From: an uncultured bacterium
GTDB taxonomy: Bacteria > Verrucomicrobiota > Verrucomicrobiia > Verrucomicrobiales > V1-33
NCBI GenBank assembly: GCA_903936775.1
Contig: CAIZWU010000181.1
Location: 163 to 64,162, forward strand
Direction: 5' to 3'
DNA length: 64,000 nt
Shown: piece by piece, positions 58,179 through 64,000 of the stretch
Layout of the letters: every line of letters starts with the position of its first letter
How positions within the stretch are numbered: position 1 is the stretch's first letter
Position numbers and translations under genes: made by a program
Notes under the pieces: generated by a model
Database searches by the model: none
What the model was told of the DNA's origin: nothing
The model's input: only the letters and a program-made list of their open reading frames with translations

Positions 58179-58505
58179 TTACCGCCTCAGCTGGCGGCAT
58201 TCCTCACGGAGTTGTTCGACTTCCAGCAGGAGACTGAGGATGAGTTTTAAACCGGTTTCGTTCACTCCGCAGATACTCCGGAGATACTCAATCCGGCGGA
58301 GCTGGCGCAGGCTCTCGGCATCGAACCACGCCGGAGCATCGCCTTCCGCGGCAGCCCTGGCAGAGCGGATCCATCCCTGCTCCTGATAGCGCAGGACGGT
58401 TAGGGGATCGACCCCCGCCAGTCCGGCGATGACATCAATGGTGTAAGTGAGATCTGCTTCGTCTTCGAAAACAGGAGGATCACCGGAAGAAGGCTCGGAA
58501 CTCAT
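58179..58505 (-). CDS. cbpM: MerR-like chaperone-modulator protein (CbpM-like)
   Basis: 108 aa with a MerR-type HTH (YTIDVIAGLAGVDPLTVLRYQEQGWI) and a C-terminal helix LLLEVEQLREECRQLRR. It sits immediately after a CbpA-type J-protein. Confidence 0.55.
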   Translation of the reverse strand: MSSEPSSGDPPVFEDEADLTYTIDVIAGLAGVDPLTVLRYQEQGWIRSARAAAEGDAPAWFDAESLRQLRRIEYLRSICGVNETGLKLILSLLLEVEQLREECRQLRR

Positions 58506-58524
58506 GGCAGGAAGGGATCAGAGG

Positions 58525-59490
58525 TTAACGGGCGGACCGGGGTTGGAAGGTGGAGACATCGCGCAGTTTTTCCCAGAGCTGCCGTTCCTCATCGGAGAGG
58601 GCGGAGGGCAGTTGCACCTTCAAGATGACATAAAAATCACCGCGCTCGCCGCTTTTACCTTTGGGCAGTCCCCGGAGGCGGGCACGCAGTTTCTGTCCGT
58701 TTTCCGCGCCGGCCGGGATCCGCAATTTGATGGAGCCATCCAGGGTGGGCACCACGATTTCGGTGCCGAGCACGGCCTCCCAGGGGGCGATGTCGAGTTC
58801 GTGCAGGATGTCGGCCTCCTCGCTGGTGAAGTCCGGGTGGGCCGCATGGCGGACGCGCAGGAAGAGGTCGCCGGCCGGGCCGCCACCCTGCCCGGGTTCA
58901 CCCTGTCCCGGCACACGGATACGGCGGCCATCAGTCGCGCCAGGGGGGATCCTGACCTGAAAGCTGTGGGTTTCCACCTGCCCGGTCAGGCGGTTGCGGG
59001 TTTGCAGGGAAATGGGACGCAGCGTACCCTGCATGGCTTCCTCCAGGGTGACGAGGATGTCCCCTTCGATATCACTGCCCCGCCGGGAACGGGGGGCTCC
59101 CGCCTGACGGAAATCCGGGGCCTCCTCGTGAGGAAATCCGTAGCGGCTGCCACCGCTGAAGTATTGCTCGAAGAAGTCGCTGAAACCCGTCCCGCCAAAA
59201 TGGAACTCCTGGTCCGGCCCGCCCGCCCCGCCATGGCCCGGCGGCGGGGCAAAGCCTTCATGCTGCCAGTTGGCACCAAGGCGATCGTATTTTTTGCGCT
59301 TTTCCGGATCACTGAGGACCTCGTTGGCCTCGTTGATTTCCTTGAACTTCGCCTCCGATCCCGGCCGGTCCTTGGCGACGTCAGGATGGTGTTTGCGGGC
59401 CAGTTTGCGGAATGCTTTTTTGATATCATCCTGACTGGCCTCGCGGGAAATCCCCAGCGTGGCATAATAATCTTTGAATTCAGCGGACAT
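58525..59490 (-). CDS. cbpA: DnaJ-class co-chaperone without a zinc finger (CbpA-like)
   Basis: J-domain DYYATLGISREASQDDIKKAFRKLARKHHPD, a G/F-like linker, no CxxCxGxG repeats, and the two C-terminal beta-domains. Confidence 0.8.
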   Translation of the reverse strand: MSAEFKDYYATLGISREASQDDIKKAFRKLARKHHPDVAKDRPGSEAKFKEINEANEVLSDPEKRKKYDRLGANWQHEGFAPPPGHGGAGGPDQEFHFGGTGFSDFFEQYFSGGSRYGFPHEEAPDFRQAGAPRSRRGSDIEGDILVTLEEAMQGTLRPISLQTRNRLTGQVETHSFQVRIPPGATDGRRIRVPGQGEPGQGGGPAGDLFLRVRHAAHPDFTSEEADILHELDIAPWEAVLGTEIVVPTLDGSIKLRIPAGAENGQKLRARLRGLPKGKSGERGDFYVILKVQLPSALSDEERQLWEKLRDVSTFQPRSAR

Positions 59491-59597
59491 AGGTTGTGGG
59501 GAGCATAAACCAGTTTAATGGAAAGGTCGATACCACAGTCCGCTTGGCAAGCCCTTTCGAACCCGGCACTTTTGCCGTTCTGGCCTGCTGCCAAATA

Positions 59598-60881
59598 TCA
59601 CAATCCTGCTGAAAAGCCGGTCCGCCCCTGGGCCCGGCCAGGCAGGCCGAGGGACAGGAGCGCGGCCACCAGCACAAAGCCCGTGGAAGCGAGGAGGCAC
59701 CAGATCAGACCACCGGTGGTCCCGGAATGCAGGCCGGCCTGATAAAGCAGACCGGACAGGATCGTCCCTGCGAGACGCCCGCAGGCATTGGCCATATAAT
59801 AGATTCCCACATTCATTGCGACCTTCCGGTGGTCCGTATAAGCCAAAATCAGATAGGAGTGCACGGCTGAATTCAAGGCAAAGATGATCCCGAACAGGAT
59901 CAGCCCGGCCACGACCGCCAGCACGGGAGTGACCTCCAGCCAGAGCGCACCCGCAATCGCGGCAGGCAGCAGGGCGAGCAGGAAGGCGAGGCCGGTGGCG
60001 GTGCGTCCATCCGGATGGGCGGTCCCCTCTGCGGACTTCCGCCGGAGCAGAGCCGGGGCGGACGCCTGCACAACCCCATAACCAATCACCCACAAGGCCA
60101 TGAATCCGCCGGCTTGCCAGAATTTCCAGCCCAGCACGGACGAAAGAAAGACCGGCAGGGCCACCACAAACCAGACATCCCGGGCTCCGAACAGAAACAG
60201 CCGTGCCACCGCCAGCACATTGACCGCCCGGTTATTGGAAAACAGCTGGCGGAATTTTGCCTCTTTGTTGACGGTTCCCAGTCCGCCCCGCATCATGACC
60301 GCGGCCACCAGCAGGGCCACGGCCACAAGGGCCATCAGCGTCCACACCGCCGGTTGAAATCCAATCCACGACAGCAGCAGGCCTCCCAGGAAAAAGCCCA
60401 CGCCTTTCAGGGCGTTCTTGCTTCCGGTGAGCAGGGCCACCCAGCGGTAAAGCCGGCCCTCATTGTCTCCGGCCACCAGTTTCACCGCGCTCTTGCTGCT
60501 CATTTTGGTGAGGTCCTTGGCGATCCCGGAAAGCGCCTGGGACGCCATCACCCATACCACCGTCAGCCCTCCCGGCGGCATCAGGGCCAGCATGGCGAGG
60601 GCGGCCAATTGGGTCCCCAGCCCCATGAAAAGGGTGCTTTTCAATCCAAACCGGGAGGCCAGCCACCCCCCGCAGAGATTGGTGAGGACACCGAAGATTT
60701 CGTAGAAAAGGAACAGTGAGGCGACCTGCAGCGCGTTGTATCCAAGCTGATAGAAATAGAACAGCACGAGGGTCCGGGTAGCACCATCCGCGAGGGTGTC
60801 CGCCCAATAAGCGAGGGTGACGATCGCGTAATTCCTCACTTCCGGCGGGGCCGGCGCCGGAGCGGACATGGCAGCACTCAT
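59598..60881 (-). CDS. arsJ: MFS transporter, ArsJ-like organoarsenical efflux permease
   Basis: 12-TM MFS. It starts 3 nt after the stop of a GAPDH gene and is preceded by arsR, which is the characteristic arsR-gapdh-arsJ arrangement. Confidence 0.7.
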   Translation of the reverse strand: MSAAMSAPAPAPPEVRNYAIVTLAYWADTLADGATRTLVLFYFYQLGYNALQVASLFLFYEIFGVLTNLCGGWLASRFGLKSTLFMGLGTQLAALAMLALMPPGGLTVVWVMASQALSGIAKDLTKMSSKSAVKLVAGDNEGRLYRWVALLTGSKNALKGVGFFLGGLLLSWIGFQPAVWTLMALVAVALLVAAVMMRGGLGTVNKEAKFRQLFSNNRAVNVLAVARLFLFGARDVWFVVALPVFLSSVLGWKFWQAGGFMALWVIGYGVVQASAPALLRRKSAEGTAHPDGRTATGLAFLLALLPAAIAGALWLEVTPVLAVVAGLILFGIIFALNSAVHSYLILAYTDHRKVAMNVGIYYMANACGRLAGTILSGLLYQAGLHSGTTGGLIWCLLASTGFVLVAALLSLGLPGRAQGRTGFSAGL

Positions 60882-60884
60882 GGG

Positions 60885-61898
60885 TCAGGAAGGCAGAGTG
60901 CGGGCCACCTTCCGGGCCAGTTCCGCATACCGGTTGGCATAACCCCACTCGTTGTCATACCACGCCAGGATTTTCACCTGGGTGCCCGCCGTGACCATGG
61001 TGGAGAGGGCATCCACGATGGAGCTGCGCGGGTCATTCAGGTAATCCACCGAAACCAAGGGGCGCGTTTCATAACCAAGGATGCCGCGGAGGGGTCCTTC
61101 CGCCGCGGCCTTGAGCAGCGCGTTCACCTCCTCCACGGTGGTGGGGCGTGACACTTCAAAAGTACAATCCGTCAGGGAAGCATTCAGCAGCGGCACCCGC
61201 ACCGCCACCCCATCCAGCCGGCCGCGGAGTTCGGGAAAAATCATACCGATGGCCGTGGCCGATCCGGTCGAGGTGGGAATAAGCGAGAGGCCTGACGCAC
61301 GGGCCCGGCGCAGATCCTTGTGCGGAGTATCGAGGATGCTCTGCGTGTTGGTCATGTCGTGGATGGTGGTGATCATCCCGTGCCGTATTCCCAGCCCTTC
61401 ATGGATGACCTTGACGACCGGGGCGAGACAGTTGGTGGTGCAGGAAGCCGCGGTCAGGATCTGATGTCTGGCGGGATCGTATTCCTGCTCATTGACTCCC
61501 ATCACAATGTTTACCGCCTGCTCCTTCACGGGGGCGGCGACGATCACTTTTTTCACCCCGGCCGCAAAATAAGGCGCCAGGGTCTCCGGGGTGCGGTGCT
61601 TGCCGGTGGCGTCCAGCACGATATCGATGCCAAGGTCGCCCCAGGGCACTTCCGCTGGATTCTTCCGGGAAGAATAACTGATGCGTTTTTCATCCACCAC
61701 CACGTCCCCGGCCTCGGCCCGGCAGTCCCGGTCCCAGCGGCCATGGACACTGTCAAAATACAGCAGATGCGCGGCGCAGGCGGCATCACCGCCGGTTTCA
61801 TTGAGGTGGACGATTTCCACCTCCGGCCGGTTCCAGGCGGCCCGGAAAGCGAGGCGGCCGATGCGGCCGAATCCATTGATGGCAATGCGTGCTGACAT
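60885..61898 (-). CDS. Glyceraldehyde-3-phosphate dehydrogenase (ArsJ-associated type)
   Basis: INGFGRIGR, the catalytic [10 protein letters not shown], and WYDNEWGY. Its context is next to arsJ. Confidence 0.9.
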   Translation of the reverse strand: MSARIAINGFGRIGRLAFRAAWNRPEVEIVHLNETGGDAACAAHLLYFDSVHGRWDRDCRAEAGDVVVDEKRISYSSRKNPAEVPWGDLGIDIVLDATGKHRTPETLAPYFAAGVKKVIVAAPVKEQAVNIVMGVNEQEYDPARHQILTAASCTTNCLAPVVKVIHEGLGIRHGMITTIHDMTNTQSILDTPHKDLRRARASGLSLIPTSTGSATAIGMIFPELRGRLDGVAVRVPLLNASLTDCTFEVSRPTTVEEVNALLKAAAEGPLRGILGYETRPLVSVDYLNDPRSSIVDALSTMVTAGTQVKILAWYDNEWGYANRYAELARKVARTLPS

Positions 61899-61960
61899 GG
61901 GAGAGATGGGAAATCGGCGGGTTGAGTTTTGGTAAAATCAGAGGTGCAGCGCCCGGAATG

Positions 61961-62392
61961 CTAACAGCAGGTGGCATCCCGGCTGTTTTTCAGCCGGGGA
62001 GGGATGGCGCGGCGGCGGGAACTGCCGCAATCCGATTGCCCGCGCAGGGCCACCCGGGCCACGGTCCGGGCGAGGTCGGCGGCGTAGACGGGATCGCTGG
62101 CCAGCGACCCGGCAAAGTGTTTCCGCTGGGACTTGAAGAGCGGCAGCAGGGCCGGAGCCATCCGGTAAAACGCCCACTTCTCCCGCCGCTGCACCTCCAG
62201 CAATCCCGCCGCGCGCATGATCGTCAGATGACTGGACAGCGTGCTCTGCGGCAGCCGCAGGCCATCCTCCAATTCACAAACGCACAACGTCTGATCTGCC
62301 AGCAGCATGGCAATCCGCCAACGGGTCGGATCCGCCAGGGCCTGATTGAAGGAAACAGCTTCGAGCACGGACTCATCAAATCGATAAATCAC
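61961..62392 (-). CDS. arsR: ArsR/SmtB-family metalloregulator
   Basis: ALADPTRWRIAMLL...LCVCELED...STLSSHLTIMRAAGLL (wHTH with a CVC As(III)-type site), plus additional C-terminal cysteines (...DATCC). Confidence 0.82.
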   Translation of the reverse strand: MIYRFDESVLEAVSFNQALADPTRWRIAMLLADQTLCVCELEDGLRLPQSTLSSHLTIMRAAGLLEVQRREKWAFYRMAPALLPLFKSQRKHFAGSLASDPVYAADLARTVARVALRGQSDCGSSRRRAIPPRLKNSRDATCC

Positions 62393-62535
62393 GATTCGTC
62401 AAGCTTCAATTCGTTAAAACCCGTTGGTCAGGCCAACCCCACGCCGGCCCCGGGGTTTCCGGACCCGTCCGGAAGCTGCCCTCCCTGCCATTCAGAGGGG
62501 TTGCTCTTCCGCAGGTCATCCCCTAAAGAAAGGCG

Positions 62536-63465
62536 ATGCCCGTTTTCGGATCTCCTGACCTTGCGATAGATCTTGGCACTGCCACCACCCGCGTGGCGGG
62601 CCGCCGTGATTGCATCTCCCTGCGCCCTTCCGTCTCGCAGAATATCCACGCACTGAACCGCGGAGTGATTGTGAATGGCCAGGCCACCACCGAGTTGCTG
62701 CGTCCCATGATACAAAAACGCCTGCGGGGCCACCTCGGCCGGCTCCGGGTCCTCGCCTGCGCTCCCAGCGATGTCAGCGTCCTCGAACGCCAGATGGTCC
62801 GGTCCTGCATACTCGAAGCTGGGGCCTCGTCTGTTATCACGGTGCCGGAACCCTTGGCGGCCGCAGTGGGAGCCGGATTGGACATTGGCAGCAAATACGC
62901 CAAATTCCTCGTCGATTTCGGGGACGGCGTCACGGATTGCGCTGTGATCCGGGACGGGCAAATCGTCGCATCCCTCGCCGAACGGGTCGGCTGCAGCGAT
63001 CTGCGCCAGGTGGTCCAGTCTTTTGCGAAACTGACCATCGGCATCGATCTTCCGCCCGGTGAGGCCGATCGCCTCCTCCGCACCCTCGGCCTGCGCCGGG
63101 AAGGGTTTGAAACCTGTCAGGGGCTGGCTGGCGGCGCCCCTGTTCAAGCCCGCCTGCGGGTCGCCGATCTGCATGAGGAACTCCGGCCGGTGATCGACCG
63201 GATGCTGGCCCCGGTCCAGACCCTGCTGCGGACGCTGCCGGCCTCCATCGGGGCCGAAGTGATTGAGGATGGCATCTTCCTGACCGGTGGCGGTGCCCTG
63301 CTTCCGGGCATGCGCGAAGCGGTCGCCGAACAAAGCGCCATCGACACCCGGGTTGTCCCCGACCCTATCGGTTCCGTCATCTGCGGAGCCCGCCGCATGC
63401 TCCCGCTGGCGGCATCGCTGGATCTTTGGAAATCCTGGGGCCCCCGCGGCCGGGCCGTCCCGTGA
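62536..63465 (+). CDS. Divergent, shortened MreB-like actin-fold ATPase
   Basis: DLAIDLGTATTRV (phosphate-1), VPEPLAAAVGAGLDI, FLVDFGDGVTDCAVI (altered phosphate-2), IFLTGGGALLPGMREAV (adenosine motif), and VVPDPIGSVICGA. No mreC or mreD gene is nearby. Confidence 0.65.
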   Translation: MPVFGSPDLAIDLGTATTRVAGRRDCISLRPSVSQNIHALNRGVIVNGQATTELLRPMIQKRLRGHLGRLRVLACAPSDVSVLERQMVRSCILEAGASSVITVPEPLAAAVGAGLDIGSKYAKFLVDFGDGVTDCAVIRDGQIVASLAERVGCSDLRQVVQSFAKLTIGIDLPPGEADRLLRTLGLRREGFETCQGLAGGAPVQARLRVADLHEELRPVIDRMLAPVQTLLRTLPASIGAEVIEDGIFLTGGGALLPGMREAVAEQSAIDTRVVPDPIGSVICGARRMLPLAASLDLWKSWGPRGRAVP

Positions 63466-63531
63466 AACCAGCCCGGGTTGCCCCGGACCTGCTGGCCTGA
63501 CGGTCCACGTCCGGCGGACCTTGGTCTGAAC

Positions 63532-64000
63532 TCACTGCCGGGAACCGGGAAACCAGTGTTCGGTTTTTTTGCAGAAACCGACCAGCATCAGCATGACCGG
63601 GACTTCGATCAGCACGCCCACGACGGTGGCGAGGGCGGCGCCGGAGGAGAGGCCGAAAAGCATGACCGCGGTGGCGATGGCGACTTCGAAGTGATTGGAC
63701 GCTCCGATCAGGGCGGCGGGCGCAGCTTCATCGTAAGGGAGCTTGAGGAGCCGGGCGAGACCATAACCGAGGGCGAAAATCAGAATAGTCTGGAGAAAAA
63801 GCGGGATGGCAATCCAGACGATAGTCAGCGGATGGGAGGCAATGACCTCGCCTTTGAAGGAAAAGAGCAGTACCAGGGTCAGGAGGAGGGCGGCAATGGG
63901 CACCGGGGCGAGGCGGTGAAGGAATTGATCTTTGAACCATGCTTCGCCTTTGGCAGCGATGATCCAGCGGCGGGACAGGAAACCGGTCACAAGGGGCAGT
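63532..64000 (-). CDS. acr3: ACR3-family arsenite efflux permease, C-terminal part (gene continues past the right edge)
   Basis: [49 protein letters not shown] is the conserved ACR3 C-terminal region. The reading frame is open to the window end. Confidence 0.82.
   Translation of the reverse strand, partial: LPLVTGFLSRRWIIAAKGEAWFKDQFLHRLAPVPIAALLLTLVLLFSFKGEVIASHPLTIVWIAIPLFLQTILIFALGYGLARLLKLPYDEAAPAALIGASNHFEVAIATAVMLFGLSSGAALATVVGVLIEVPVMLMLVGFCKKTEHWFPGSRQ

Noticed and set aside
55794-58250. An 818-aa ORF on the plus strand, the longest unassigned ORF in the track.
   Set aside because: It is exactly antisense to the P-type ATPase, whose motifs are unambiguous. Its composition is Arg/Gly/His/Pro-rich with no motifs. 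Stop-poor antisense frames are expected in GC-rich coding DNA.
1-64000. A search by eye for CRISPR arrays, long direct or inverted repeats, transposases, integrases, phage genes, restriction-modification systems, toxin-antitoxin pairs, retron or DGR reverse transcriptases, and rRNA or tRNA genes.
   Set aside because: None were recognised. Coding density leaves no gap large enough for an array, and no ORF has recombinase, reverse-transcriptase or nuclease-helicase defence signatures. This is a visual reading only, so short or degenerate repeats could have been missed.

Overview
GC-rich, gene-dense chromosomal segment. Its protein repertoire points to a PVC-superphylum bacterium, most likely Verrucomicrobiota. 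The indicators are PSCyt/DUF1549/DUF1553 plus DUF1501 proteins, PEP-CTERM anchors, autotransporter-associated beta-strand repeats, Sel1, FG-GAP/ASPIC and a giant CotH protein. I can support about 50 CDSs. From left to right they are: the tail of a ribosomal-protein operon (rpmJ-rpsM-rpsK-rpsD); an orphan ABC ATPase; several hypothetical envelope proteins; a clan GH-A-like glycosidase; RNase HIII; a cytochrome-c-fused PQQ sugar dehydrogenase; a DUF1549/1553 + DUF1501 pair; a lactonase and a mutarotase; a 1693-aa PSCyt-WD40-DUF1549-DUF1553 giant; two paralogous membrane proteins; a Ser/Thr kinase coupled to an ECF sigma factor; a sialic-acid utilisation cluster (nanM-like, nanA-like, sialidase, AGE epimerase); an EEP-family protein; CotH; add; thrH; dnaB; surface/PEP-CTERM proteins; fabF; a small sugar-metabolism cluster (DUF1593, SDR, ROK kinase, TIM-barrel isomerase); cbpA-cbpM-P-type ATPase-RCK K+ channel; and an arsenic island (arsR-gapdh-arsJ, an MreB-like gene, acr3). 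I saw no rRNA, tRNA, CRISPR array, transposase, integrase, or recognisable phage-defence or toxin-antitoxin genes. I did not find a clear novel system. The best candidates are listed below, and all are hypotheses from reading the sequence, with nothing computed or searched. (a) A Hanks kinase with a chain-length-determinant-like ectodomain, translationally coupled to an ECF sigma factor that has no adjacent anti-sigma gene. (b) An adjacent tandem pair of unclassifiable paralogous membrane proteins, preceded by a tandem palindromic operator-like site. (c) A shortened, motif-altered MreB-like gene inside the ars island.
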